Positions 24,676 to 38,059 are shown, counted from the stretch's first letter. The stretch is DNA of 64,000 nt from Octopus vulgaris (GCA_951406725.2 OX597828.1:49104001-49168000); one strand, 5' to 3'. The notes: generated by a model from the sequence alone, not told the origin. A program made the numbers and translations.

Positions 24676-25106
24676 ATATTGTTATATTTCGGAATGGTCA
24701 TATTGCCAGTTTAGCCAATAAAAACACACGCACTATATATTTGGTGTTATTTTGCTTCAGTGTTATTTATTTTTTACATTAATCTTAATCTTATTTCGGC
24801 CAGAGTTCTTTCGTCACACTCCTGTGACCGCATCAGTGGTCCTTTGTTTTCTTCTTTCTTATTTGTGTGTCTCTCCTTACTATTTCTATTGTAGAAATAC
24901 AAAATGGCTGACGGTTAGTAAGGAGAGACACACAAATAAGAAAGAAGAAAGCAAAGGACCACTGATGCGGTCACAGGAGTGTGACGAAAGAACTCTGGCC
25001 GAAATAAGATTAAGATTAATGTAAAAAATAAATAACACCAAATATATAGTGCGTGTGTTTTTATTGGCTAAACTGGCAAAATGACCATTCCGAAATATAA
25101 CAATAT
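24676..25106. mobile_element. Long fold-back element, probably inverted Penelope pseudo-LTRs
   Basis: Near-perfect inverted arms 24676-24882 and 24916-25106 (left arm has a ~16-nt insertion) with a 33-nt spacer; next to (TA)n; each arm carries a hammerhead-like motif. Confidence 0.8.
24956..25000 (+). ncRNA. Variant minimal type-I hammerhead-like motif (mirror copy on the minus strand in the left arm)
   Basis: GGACCA-CTGATGCG-GTCACA(GGAG)TGTGAC-GAAA-GAAC-TC-TGGCC: 6-bp stem II, GAAA box, very short stem III, CUC triplet, CCA/TGG stem I. The core deviates (CUGAUGC instead of CUGANGA). Confidence 0.45.
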
Positions 25107-25439
25107 CTGTCTCAACACACGACTTCACATAAAAATTCTTGCACAACAAATATATATATATATGATAGGTTTGTTTCAGTTTCCATCTATCAAATTCATT
25201 TACAAGGCTTTTGTCAGCCAGGGGCTGTAGTTGAAGATACCAGGCGGTAGGATTGAACTTGAAACCATGTTGTTGGAAAGCAAATTTCTTAACCATGCAG
25301 TCATGCCTGTGCCTATACATGAGTGTGTGTGTGTGTACATGGGTGGTGGTATATCCAGAATGGAAAGCAACAACAACATCTGTATGAGTCAGTAAAAGAA
25401 TCTAGATTAGGAGGAAACCCTTCAAGTGAGGAAATTTCA

Positions 25440-26410
25440 CTTGCTTTCTTTTTTTAGATGCCTTGTCCAGAATGTAGGACATTGGCAATCATGTCCTGCC
25501 ACAATTCTCTGTTCTTTGTTTTCTGTAACAGTTCCGCTTCTTGATGTTTAATGCCTCTTTCTTCCAACCAATTCGTCAAGATTGACATCCATATCATCCT
25601 TCTCTTTCCTCTGCTTCTCTTTCCTTCAAGCTTTCTGGTCATCGCTAAATTCTCAAGGCCTTCTTTCCTCATCCTATTCTTTTACTTGTTTCAGTCATTT
25701 GACTGTGGCTATGCTGGAGCACCACCTTTAGTTGAACAAATCGACCCCAGGACTTATTCTTTGTAAGCATAGTACTTATTCTATCGGTCTCTTTTGCAGA
25801 ACCACGGCGACATGAACACACCAGCATCAGTTGTGAAGTTGGACAAGTGTCTTCTACTATAGCCTTGGGCCAACCAAAGCCTTGTGGGTGGATATGGTTG
25901 ACAGAAACCGAAAGAAGCCTGTCGTATATATACATATATGTATATGTTTGTGTGTCTGTGTTTGACCCCCAACCATCATTTGAAAAGTGATGCTGAACCC
26001 TAACCCAGAACCTTGTGGTTGGTAAGCAATCTACTTACCACCCAGCTACTCCTGACCAAGAAATCTCAGTTGCTTGGCCCTTTTCTCACAAAGCAGTTTT
26101 CTATTTACCCTCAGCCCAGGTCCTCACTTTATTAGATACTTTGTCCATGCTGTCTGCAATAATCTCCTGAAGAACCACATTTCACAATTCTCCAAGCGCC
26201 TTCTCATTTCTCGTGTTACAGACCATGCCTCACTTCCACACATTAACACAAGGTAGACATAGCAGTTCTGTATACAGATCCTGGTCTTTATTCTCAGAGT
26301 ACGGCTTCTCAAGATGTTATACTATTCTGAAAATGCAGATTTTACCAGCACAATTCCGTGTTTTGATCTTCACATATCTTGTGCCTTCTATGATCAAAGT
26401 TCCAAGATGA
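25440..26410 (-). mobile_element. RTE/BovB-like LINE 3' end interrupted by a SINE (about 25676-26055)
   Basis: CYVYLVLMCGSEAWSVTREMRRRLENCEMWFFRRLLQTAWT and GLENLAMTRKLEGKRSRGKRRMIW..NRELWQDMIANV. Confidence 0.85.
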
Positions 26411-28980
26411 TACCTGCTTCATGATTTAGTTTTATCTTTTATCTTTTACTTGTTTCAGTCATTAGACTGTGGCCATGCTGGGGCACTGCTTTGAAGAATG
26501 AATCAACACCAGTTCTTTCATTTTGCTAAGCCTGGTACTTATTCTATCAGTCTCTTTTGCAAAACCACTAAGTTACAGGGACATAAACACACCAACACTG
26601 CTTGTCAAATCGTGGTGGGAGAAAAGACTCACACACACACACATATATACAATGGGCTTCTTTCAGTTTCCAGCTGCCAAATCCACTGACAAGGCTTTGA
26701 TCAGCCTGAGGCTATAGTTGAAGACACTTGCCCAAATTGCCACACAGTGGGACTGAACCTGGAACCATGCGGTTGGGAAGCACAGCCATGCCTGCACCTA
26801 TGATTGTTCACTTTCTGTGAGCACTTTTGACTTCCCTTCACTCATTTAGAAATGTGATACTGGTCCTAATAAAGTCTTTAAAAACTCAGCAATGAAACAG
26901 GTTTGGTTTTAAACCTTTGAACACTGAGCTCCTGAATGCTGTTAGCAGCCCCTAAATTGGCCACTCCTTTTCAACAGTTTAACACCAAAACATTAATTTA
27001 ACATCATTTGCATATAATTATGAATTCGTACACCTTTTTATTTTTATTTCCTTGTTTCAGTTATTGGGCTGTAGCTGGGTCACCATTTTGAAGGCTTTAA
27101 CTGACCGTATTAACCTCAATACTTACTTTTTAAAATTTGGTACTTATTCTATTGGTCTCTTTTGCCAAGTCAATAAGTTATGGAAACATAAACAAACCAA
27201 CACTATTCTTCAAGTGGCAAGGAGGTACAAACACATATAAACACAAACACGCACACATATGACAGGTTTCTTTCAGCTTCCATCTTGGAAATAAATCCAC
27301 TCACAAGGCTTTGGTCAGCCCGAGGCTATAGTAGAAAATACTTGCCCAAGGTGCCATGCAGTGGGACTGAACTTGGAACCATATGATTGAGAAGCAAGCT
27401 TTTAACCACACAGCCACATCTGCGCCTATCTATATATGTGTGTGCATGAATGTATATATATATCATCATCATCATCATCATCATTTAGCGTCCGCTTTCC
27501 ATGCTAGCATGGGTTGGACGGTTCAACTGGGGTCTGTGAAGCCAGAAGGCTGCATCAGGCCCAGTCTGATCTGGCAGTGTTTCTACGGCTGGATGCCCTT
27601 CCTAATGCCAACCACTCCGCGAGTGTAGTGGGTGCTTTTTACGTGCCACCCGCACAGGAGCCAGACGGAGCTGGCAAACGGCCACGAACGGATGGTGCTT
27701 TTTACGTGCCACTGGCACGGGGGCCAGGCGAGGCTGGCAACGGACACGAACGGATGGTGCTTTTACGTGCCACCGGCACAGAGGCCATATGTGTATGAAT
27801 GTGTGTGTGTGTATACGGGTAGGCATGTATGTGTAGTTATCCCAAGCAGATAGTTTTAGGGTCAGTCTCACTGTGTGATACTTTGGCCGAGTGTCTTGCA
27901 GAGAGAGAGAGAAAGAGAGACTTGAAAGTGTGTATATAACAATATGAGCAGCAACAACAACAACAACATTATTATGATTATTTTATATTCAGATAATTCC
28001 AGTCCTATTTTATCTGATTCATCTCCAAAGATCAATAACTGATCAATATTCTTGGGTATTTCATCAATCTCTTGGTGCACTACCATTTCACAATATTCTT
28101 TATTTTCTCATCTTGTTCTTGTTGTTGGTGGTTGTAGTGGCAGCGGCGGTGGGGTTGCTGTAAATTTTTTTTTTTAGCTCTAGGTCAGTCCTGATGAAGC
28201 AGATATATGATCAAAGTTATTCCAATGATGACCATCCTGTATATATTTTCCTTCTTACAATAAAGTAAACACTGCTCTATCCAGGATGCCATTTCCTAAG
28301 ACACTGAAGTTTAATTCGAGGGAGCTTTAGCTGCTACTTCTAGTAGGTCAGGTGACCACATAGAGGCTCCTTCAGCTTGCTGATACTTCTGTGACTGTTG
28401 CTGTTGTTGTAGTTTAGCCCCGTGTCAGCCCTGGTCAAGCAGGCCTGTGATCAATGGCAATCTAACTATGACCATCTCTTCTAAAACTACTCAATTGTTG
28501 AATGTGTCTTTCCTTTCTCAAGACTGAAGCGTGTGATATAAGGGAAATTTAGCTGCTATTTCTAGTACACAGAGCGGAATTGAGGAATCTTTTTATAACC
28601 AAGGACTCATATCAAGTGCATGGAAGAAGCTGCAGGATGACATCAATCATCAGAAGAAGAATAAATCTTGAATGGTTGTATACTGTCAATCTAACACGAA
28701 CGTTACAGTAGGGGGGTACACCACCGCTGTTTAGCCCTAGGAAGCATCGACGCCTCCTGATGGCTTTGACACATTTTTCCTGTGTCCTTATATACATTTA
28801 CGAAGGGGAGACAAATACCCCCGGGCGCCCGGGCTGCATCTAGGGACACGTGTTTCAGGATGATTGTCCTTCGTCGGCCTAGACTAAGCAGACACCGGTC
28901 AGCTGTTGATATTTGCCTCGACTTCGCAATATATATATCTAAATTTCAGTGAAGTCTATTCACTGATTATCAAAATCAGA

Positions 28981-29079
28981 AATACTAAATTTCTAAATCT
29001 CTCGTAGAGATATGTATACAACCATTCTATCGCCCCACCACCGTACATATCTCTACGAGAGATTTAGAAATTTAGTATT
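28981..29079. repeat. Perfect 36-bp inverted repeat with a 27-nt loop
   Basis: aatactaaatttctaaatctctcgtagagatatgta (28981-29016) and its exact reverse complement (29044-29079). Confidence 0.9.
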
Positions 29080-29703
29080 ACTAATAAATCTTGAATTACA
29101 CCAAAAGAAGCAGCTCTGTAGTAAAATCATGTGCGGTAAGAAGTTTGCTTCCCAACCACATGATCCAGGGTTCAGTTCCACTGTGTGGTACCTTGGGTAA
29201 GAGCCTTCTACTATAGCCTTGTGTGTGTGTTTAGTAGGTAGAAACTGAAAGAAGCCCATCATGTATGTGTGTGTGTGTGTTTATCTCCCACCACTGTTTG
29301 TCAACCGGTTTCGGTATGTTTATGTCTCTGTAACTTAGCAGTTCAACAAAGGAGACTGATAGAACAAGTACCAGGCTTAACAAAGAAACAAAAACTAAGC
29401 ACTGGGGTCAATCCATTTAACTAAAAGATTCTTCAAGGTGGTGCCCCAGCATGGCCACAGTCTAACGACTGAAACAAATAAAAGGTAAAACATAAATGAT
29501 ATATATATATGTGTGTGTGTGTGTGTGTATACATGTGTATGGTTATCTGTGGGTTTGCATGCATCTATATGTGTGTGTGTGTATATATATATATATTCCG
29601 GAGTAAACACATAAATGTGAAACAAGGTGGAAAAAAAAGAGTACTCAAATACCAGTGGTAGAGTAATATGCTTTATTTTAAGCTGCAGAAAATTCCACAA
29701 AAT

Positions 29704-29741
29704 CTGTTACTCTGAGTTTCTCGTTGCCGTTCATCAGACAG
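29704..29741 (-). ncRNA. Minimal type-I hammerhead ribozyme motif (mirror copy)
   Basis: Exact reverse complement of 29770-29807. Confidence 0.7.
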
Positions 29742-29769
29742 TTTTTGTTAGAGTTTTTTCTAACAAAAA

Positions 29770-29807
29770 CTGTCTGATGAACGGCAACGAGAAACTCAGA
29801 GTAACAG
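29770..29807 (+). ncRNA. Minimal type-I hammerhead ribozyme motif
   Basis: CTGT-CTGATGA-ACG(GCAA)CGA-GAAA-CTC(A)GAG-TA-ACAG: stem I CTGT/ACAG, intact CUGAUGA and GAAA boxes, short GNRA-capped stem II, stem III CUC/GAG, GUA cleavage triplet ending at 29803. Confidence 0.7.
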
Positions 29808-29852
29808 ATTTTGTTGAATTTTCTGCTGCTTTAAATAAAGATGATGATGATG

Positions 29853-29888
<36 letters not shown>

Positions 29889-30315
29889 CATCATCATCAT
29901 CATCATCATCATTTAGCGTCCGTTTTCCATGCTAGCATGGGTTGGACGGTTCTGCTGGGGTCTGTGAAGCCAGAAGGCTTCATCAGGCCCAGTCAAATAT
30001 GGCAGTGTTTCTACGGCTGGATGCCCTTCCTAACGCCAACCACTCCGTGAGTGTAGTGGGTGCTTTTTACGTGCCACCCGCACTGGTGCCAGCCAGAGCT
30101 GGCAAACGGCCACGAACGGATGGTGCTTTTTATGTGCCACCGGCACGAGGGCCAGGCGAGGCTGGCAACGGACACGAAACGGGGCGGTGCTGGCAACGGT
30201 CGCGAAACGGAAGGTTCTCTTACATGCCACCGGCACTGGTAACACATCTGCAATTTCCATTGATCGATTTCCATTGATCGATTTCCATTCTGATCCTCAC
30301 TATATATATATATAT

Positions 30316-30346
<31 letters not shown>

Positions 30347-30380
30347 CATACATACACACACACACACACATATATATATA

Positions 30381-30825
30381 TGAGGTGGTATCAAAAGGTT
30401 CCCACACTAGTTCTGTAGCACACCAGCAGATGGCAACACACGGTTGCATATGCAGTGAGAGCTAGCAGTGACCTTCACGAGTTAGTGTGCCCAATGACAT
30501 TGCTGAGTTTCCTCCACAAAATCTGTTCTTGTCAGCACATGTATGCAGTAGACTGCAATTTTGTCATGGACAGGAAGTTGGAACAAATAGCCGACTTGAA
30601 ATTTTGCACTAAACTTGGGAAGTCTGCTACAGAGATATTAAACAGGTATCGGCAAGCTTACAGCGACAAGGCAATGGATCATACACAGGTGCTTTTAAAG
30701 TGGAAGAATGTCCCTGGAAGGTGATGAGTGACCTGGAAGACCTGCCACAAGCATCATTCCCAGAAATGTGGCATTGTGCATCAAGAATTCGTCTCCCAAG
30801 TTCAGACCATCAATCAAGAATTCTA
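30381..30825 (+). mobile_element. Internally deleted mariner-like remnant
   Basis: tatgaggtggtatcaaaaggttccc TIR-like start after TA; MDRKLEQIADLKFCTKLGKSATEILNRYRQAYSDKAM is a mariner N-terminal HTH. Confidence 0.7.
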
Positions 30826-31478
30826 CTGGTCCTGGTGCCACGTAAAAAGCACTCATACACTCTGTAAAGTGGTTGGCATTAGGAAGAGTATCCAGCTACA
30901 GAAACCATGCCAAAGAATACAATAAATCTTGGTGCAGCTCCCAGCCTTACCAAACTGTCCAGCCTATGCCAGCATGGCACACACACACATACATATATTG
31001 GTTTCTGTTATATCGCTCATTCAGATGGCGTGCCTTCGCCAATAACGTACCTCTAACACAACTCGACTCAACAGAACTTGACGTCTAGTCTACCCATGGC
31101 TCTGCTTCTATGACTAGCTATCACATCCACTATTTATACGTATTGGACTGGCCTACTTATTGTCTGGGGCATCCAAACAACAGTTTCAAATTTTGGCCCA
31201 AGGCCAGCAAGTTTACAGGAAGGGTTAAGCAGATTATATTGACCCCCAAAAGGCCAAAAGGTAAAGTTGACCCCAGTGGAATTTGAACTCAGAATGTAAA
31301 GATGTAGTAGATAAAGGCGTGGGAGTGGCTGTGTGGTAAGTAGCTTGCTTACCAACCACATTGTTCCAGGTTCAGTCCCACAACGTGGCACCTTGAGCAA
31401 GTGTCTTCTACTATAGCCTCGGGCTGACCAAAGCCTTGTGAGTGGATTTGGTAGACGGAAACTGAAAGAAGCCCATCG

Positions 31479-31521
<43 letters not shown>

Positions 31522-32095
31522 ATATATGTTTGTGTGTCTGTGTTTGTTCCCCCAATATCGCTTGACATCCGATGCTGGTGTGTTTACATCCCCGTAACTT
31601 AGCGGTTCGGCAAAAGAGACCGATAGAATAAGTACTAGGTTTACAAAGAATAAGTCCTGGGGTCAATTTGCTCGACTAAAAGTGGTGCTCCAGCATGGCC
31701 ACAGTCAAATGACTGAAACAATTAAAAGAGTGAAAAAGTATGAACAAAATACCCCTTGAGCATTTTGCCTGCCAAGCTAACGATTCCACTAGTTTGGTTC
31801 CTTACGTACGTACAGGCATAGATTTTAAATTCTTGGCACAAGGGACTTCGAGGGAAGAGCTAAATCGACTAATTACAGTGACCCCTTTGTTCAAATGGTA
31901 CCCATTTTTATTGACAACCAAAAGGATGAAAGGCAACGTCGACCTCCATCGAATTTATTGCATACATACATTATATTGCTACTCAAATAAACCATATACA
32001 CTGCATAATAAATAGATTGAGGCCTTAGTTGAATTATGATTTCAGTTCCATACTGGGTATATTCCATATATAGGTGTGCGTGCGTGCATATATGT

Positions 32096-32171
<76 letters not shown>

Positions 32172-32172
32172 G

Positions 32173-32223
<51 letters not shown>

Positions 32224-32548
32224 CGAAATTGCTAGGATGATCCGGTTCTTGACTGAAGATTGAAGGCTTCGAATGTTTTTTGAATCGTCTTCTAAATGTT
32301 TTACGTTCTTGTCCCAGTTTGTATTTTTCTACATATTTATATATATATATATATATATATTGCTAGAATATATATATATATATATATAGATAGATAGATA
32401 TATATATATATATATACATACATACATACACACACATTTACATGAACCTATGAATATACATGAACAGAGACGCATACACATTTGGCTATAAAGGAAAATT
32501 TACATACATAGAAATTTACTCGTGTATACATTTAGCACATACCAGAGT

Positions 32549-32597
<49 letters not shown>

Positions 32598-32752
32598 ACA
32601 CACTCTCACTACTGTAACATTCTTTGCTGAAAGTGTATGTATAAATATATATATGTGTGTATATCTTAGCATATGTGTGCGTGTGTTTGTGTATGAGTGC
32701 ATGTTTAAAATCCAGCACTAAGAGAGGAAGTGATGTTATGGAGATAACATGA

Positions 32753-32784
<32 letters not shown>

Positions 32785-32790
32785 CATACA

Positions 32791-32836
<46 letters not shown>

Positions 32837-34345
32837 CATATATGTATATGGGTATGTGTGTTTACACATACATGTATGTTAAATAAACATATAAACTGAC
32901 TTTATGTCTATCATATGTTAAAACAGAGCTGAAATAATTACACACACACACACACACATGTTTGTGTCTGTGTGTGCGTTCATTACATATAATATGTATG
33001 TATGGGTGTGTGTGTCTGTGTATGCATGGGGGGGTGTATTAAACCTCCCCACAGTATGTGTGTCACATACACTCACACCCATGCACAAACACATTCACAG
33101 GCACACATCCACACATCCACACACACATGTGCACTACATCTGGTTATATACTTACAAACATTTAAACATTCATAACAGTTAAAACACATATAGATTTATG
33201 AATACATACACATACACACTTACACATAATACTTCTCACACAGCTACATACATGGATAGACAGAATATACAAATACACACACAACATACACAAGCATCCA
33301 TCCATCCATCTATCCATACATACATATATACACACACACATAGAGGTACATAGATAATAGATATATATAATAGATGCAGGAATGGCTGTGTGGTAAGTAG
33401 CTTGCTAACTAACCACATGGTTCCGGGTTCAGTCCCACTGCGTGGCACCTTGGGCAAGTATCTTCTGCTATAGCCTCGGGCCGACCAATGCCTTGTGAGT
33501 GGATTTGGTAGACGGAAACTGAAAGAAGCCTGTCGTATATATATATATATATGTATGTATGTATATGTATGTGTGTGTGTTTGTGTGTCTGTGTTTGTCC
33601 CCCTAGCATTGCTTGACAACCGATGCTGGTGTGTTTACGTCCTCGTAAATTAGTGGATCGGCAAAAGAGACCGATAGAATAAGTACTGGGCTTACAAAAG
33701 AATAAGTCCCGGAGTCGATTTGCTCGATTAAAGGCGGTGCTCCAGCATGGCCGCAGTCAAATGACTGAAACAAGTAAAAGAGTAAAAGAGTAAAGATAGA
33801 TAGATGTATTTAAACAGGACCATATCTGACCAAAATACTCCGTATGTTTTATGCTCAAACCAGCCTGCTCAGGCCTCTCGCACCGACCTATAATGTCATT
33901 CTAAAATTAAACAATCACATCATCAAAATCTCAAAGCTACGAGATAATGCATGATTAATTCTAAACAATGTGAATAAATAAGCAGTACATTTGACAGAGT
34001 AATCTCAATGCTAAAAGAATCGATATATCTGTGTGTCCGTGTGTCCGTGTATGCGCATGTACGTCCGTATGTGTTCGTGTGTGTGTGTGTGTGTGTGTGT
34101 ATTTTGTAATAATGCACATACACGTCCTAAGAGGGTAATCCTACTTAATCCTAGAAAGGTATTTTCCATCAAGAATTCTCCTAGGCGTAGGAGTGGCTGT
34201 GTGGTAAGTAGCTTGCTTGCCAACCACATAGCTCCGGGTTCAGTCCCACTGCGTGGCACCTTGGGCAAGTGTCTTCTACTATAGCCTCGGGCCGACCAAA
34301 GCCTTGTGAGTGGATTTGGTAGACGGAAACTGAAAGAAGCCCATC

Positions 34346-34395
<50 letters not shown>

Positions 34396-34920
34396 ATGTT
34401 TGTGTGTCTGTGTTTGTCCCCCCAACATAGCTTGACAACCGATGCTGGTGTTTTATGTCCCTGTAATCTAGCAGTTCAGCAAAAGAGACCGATAGAATAA
34501 GTACTAGGCTTACAAAGAATAAGTCCTGGGGTCAATTTGCTCGACTAAAGGCGGTGCTCCAGCATGGCCACAGTCAAATGACTGAAACAAGTAAAAGAGA
34601 TAAAAGAGTAGTGTTTCCGAGTCATTTTACTTGAAAATACATTCCAAGTTTGAAGGAACTTCTACATAAAAATTATTATATTTTTTTATTAGTCTTTTTT
34701 TCTTTTTGACTTTCATAAAAAATCTCATTTTCATAGGATTTATATAAATTCTAAAACTGTTTTTGAAATGTTTGGCACAAAAACTAAGTCAGAGGCGTAG
34801 CTTTGTGTTAAGCAGTTTGCTTCTTAACCAAATAGTGTCACCTTCAGCTCCACTGTGTGGCACCTTGGGCAAGTGTCTTCTACATTAGCCTCGAGGCAGC
34901 CAAATGTTGTACATGTATGT

Positions 34921-35605
34921 ATTAGGTTGTCTGGAAATTTCTGAGCATTTTAAAGCCAAATCTTAAAACTGGCATTGCTTGAAGTGGTAGAGCATATCTT
35001 CTTTGCTCCTGACTAAAAATAGATCGATCCTTCATTCTGGTTATCCGTTATTGACATTTGAAATGGATAACCAAAAATTTCCTATTCACATTGTAATGCT
35101 TTTCTTTTCTAACAAATGAGAAAATGCTATAAAGACTTGCAAAAATTTGTGAAGTTTATAGTGCAAGTGGCACGTAAAAAGCACCATCCGATCGTGGCCG
35201 TTTGCCAGCCTCGCCTGGCACCTGTGCCGGTGGTACGTAAAAAGGAACCCAATACACTCACAGAGTGGTTGGCGTCAGGAAGGGCATCCAGCCGTAGAAA
35301 CACTGCCAGATCAGACTGGAGCCTGGTGCAGCCTTCTGGCTTCCCAGACCCCAGTTGAACCGTCCAACCCATGCTAGTATGGAAAGCGGACGTTAAACGA
35401 TGATGAGGATGATGGTAATGATGCTGTAGGCGAATCAACTGTTTGAAGGGGATTTGCAAAATTTAAAGCTGGAGGGTTTAGCTTGGAAGACGACAGTTGC
35501 GGTGGACGAAGATATATTGAAGGCAAAAATCGAAGAAGACTCAAATATCATGACTAGAGAACTTGCAGAGGAGTTGGAACTCTCTAAAAGTACGATTCAT
35601 GAAGT
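34921..35605 (+). mobile_element. Mariner remnant interrupted by a family C repeat
   Basis: attaggttgtc TIR-like start; VDEDILKAKIEEDSNIMTRELAEELELSKSTIHE HTH at about 35490-35600. Confidence 0.6.
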
Positions 35606-36808
35606 ATATGCCTTTATGCATATTAAAAAACACTCAGAACTTTCCAGACAACCTAATATATGTGTATCAAATGGAAATTGTAGTTGTGATACCTGTGCTG
35701 GTAGCACATAAAAAGCACCATCCGAACGTGGCCGATGCCAGCGCCGCAGGAACTTAGTTGCCAACCCAATACATACATACATATATATATATACTCTTTT
35801 ACTTGTTTCAGTCATTTGACTGCGGCCATGCTGGAGCACCGCCTTTAATCGAGCAACTCGACCCCGGGACTTATTCTTTTGTAAGCCCAGTACTTATTCT
35901 ATCGGTCTCTTTTGCCGAACCGCTAAGTAACGGGGACATAAACACACCAGCATCGGTTGTCAAGCAATTCTAGGGGGACAAACACAGACACGCAAACACA
36001 CACACGCATATATATATATATATACATATATACGACGGGCTTCTTTCAGTTTCCCTCTACCAAATCCACTCACAAGGCTTTGGTCGGCCCGAGGCTATAG
36101 CAGAAGACACTTGCCCAAGGTGCCACGCAGTGGGACTGAACCCAGAACCATGTGGTTGGAAAACAAGCTACTTACCACACAGCCACTCCTGCGCCTATAT
36201 ATATATATATATATATTCACACACATACAACTATAACCAGCACTCTGTCGGTTATGATGAGTGTTCCAGTTAATCTGATCAATGGAACAGCCTAATCATG
36301 AAATTATCATGCAAGTGGCTGAGCACTCCACAGACACATGTATCCTTAACATAGTTCTCAGGGAGATTCAGCATGACATGGAAAGTGACAATGCCGACCC
36401 TCTGAATTACTGGTATAACTCATTTTTGCCAGTTGAATGAACTGGAGCAATGCTCAAGGATACAACGCAGAGCCAGAAATTGAACTCTTGAACTTGCGAT
36501 CATCAGCTGAATATCCTAATTATTAAGCCAAGTGCCTTCACTTTAAACACAGACACATCGAAACGTAGAGTAGATGAAACCATGGCGACTGAAGAAGGGG
36601 TTTTTTCCTTGTGTTATTTGTCCTGTACTCTATTTTTTTTTTGTTTTTAAAAAATGTCCAGTTCCTTGGGTTTGTGTCTATGTTTTCGTTTCTCATTGTG
36701 TTCGACGTTTTTTTGGTGTCCTGTACTCATATATGCGTGTATATATACATGTAGAGGTAGGTACGTACATATATGTATATATATATATGCATATGTTTTA
36801 TTTATTAA

Positions 36809-37447
36809 CTAGCAGTATCGCCCGGCGTTGCTCGGGTTTGTAAGGGAAATAACTATATAAGCATTTTTAGAGAGTTATAGCCAAAAAGTAGCAAAAAATG
36901 CATTAAAAATGGAAAAAATATGATGGTAAATTTTTTTTTAAATCGTTGACTCATCGTAGACATTTTTAGAGAGTTACTTCCCTTATATAATAGCGAAAAA
37001 ATGCATTAAAATGGAAAAAAAAACGATGGTAATTTTTTTTTTTAAATCGTAGACTCATGTAGACGCTTTCATAGCCATTTCTGTTTTGGTGTCTTCAAGC
37101 CATGAAGTCGTTGTTCTAAAAGAACGCTGGTCTCCTTGACAACGCATTACGACGTTGATTTCCTTACACTCCCTTCCCCACAGGTGCAGGTGTGAGCGTG
37201 GACGCCAACTCCGCCGCCATCGACACACGAAAAATTATGCATTAAAATGGAATAAAAAATGATGTTAAATTATTTTTAAAATCGTAGACTCATCGTAGAC
37301 GCGCGCTAATACTCAGACGGGCTCGATATGAATCACGACTATAAGCTACCCGAATTTGGTTAAACTGCACCGCAAAATGTGGGAGTAGTTAGGAATCTAA
37401 ATCGAAGGGGACAGACACTCACACAACTACAGTTTTATATATATAGA
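36809..37447 (-). mobile_element. Complete non-autonomous Helitron
   Basis: On the minus strand it begins TCTATATATATAAAA and ends with hairpin CCCGAGCAACGCCGGG plus CGATACTGCTAG; inserted between A and T, no TSD; contains internal AT-rich sub-repeats. Confidence 0.85.
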
Positions 37448-37485
37448 TATACATAGCGCAGTAGTGGTGAGATGTGACAGCAAAG

Positions 37486-38059
37486 AAAAGCATACATTCA
37501 CTCTCTGCATGCAATTAGACTCGGAAAGTTCGTGAGGAACCCATTGACCCAATTTGCTGACTTTTCCGATAGCACACAGGTCTCAATGAATGGTTGAATG
37601 ACCAAATCCAAGCTTCTCTGCTAGTTCCTCAACAGTTACGATGAGATTTTGTTCCACCAGGGTTTTCAGGATGTCCTTGTCGAGTTCTACAGATCTTTCA
37701 GGATGAGGCTCGTCTTCTAGGCTGTAGTTTATGGCTCGGAATTTCTGGAACCACCATTGACACTGCCTTACGCTTATTGTCCAATCCCCATATACTGCAT
37801 TAATATTTCTTGTACTTTCCGTTGCGTTGTTGTCTTTATTGAACTCATAAAGCAAAATATGCCAAATATGCTCCTTTGTTACTTCCAACATAGCTTTGAA
37901 AAAAATAGCTGTTAAAATCGAAATGCACTCTTCAAAACTTGCACTATGAATAAGGACAAGATAAAATTACTACCTGCTTTTATAGCAAGTTAATATAAGT
38001 AGTTTATCCCATTCCCCTCTGACTTTTAGTTCAAGCTGTTGAAAAAACCGCATTATTAT
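37486..38059 (-). mobile_element. 5' half of the same mariner family
   Basis: ORF 37583-37891 (KEHIWHILLYEFNK...SLEDEPHPERS...TVEELAEKLGFGHSTIH) and the leader match the 7.4-kb copy. Confidence 0.9.

Larger units (their letters stand above)
29597..29840. mobile_element. Penelope-like terminal fragment with an 82-bp-arm palindrome
   Basis: Arms 29671-29752 and 29759-29840 around a 6-nt loop; the 5' extension (ccggagtaaacacataaatgtg...) recurs at about 46983-47048; both copies abut (TA)n. Confidence 0.75.

Noticed and set aside
32245-32285. CTGAAGA..GAA hammerhead-like string
   Set aside because: No complete GAAA box, and no pairable stems I and III could be drawn.
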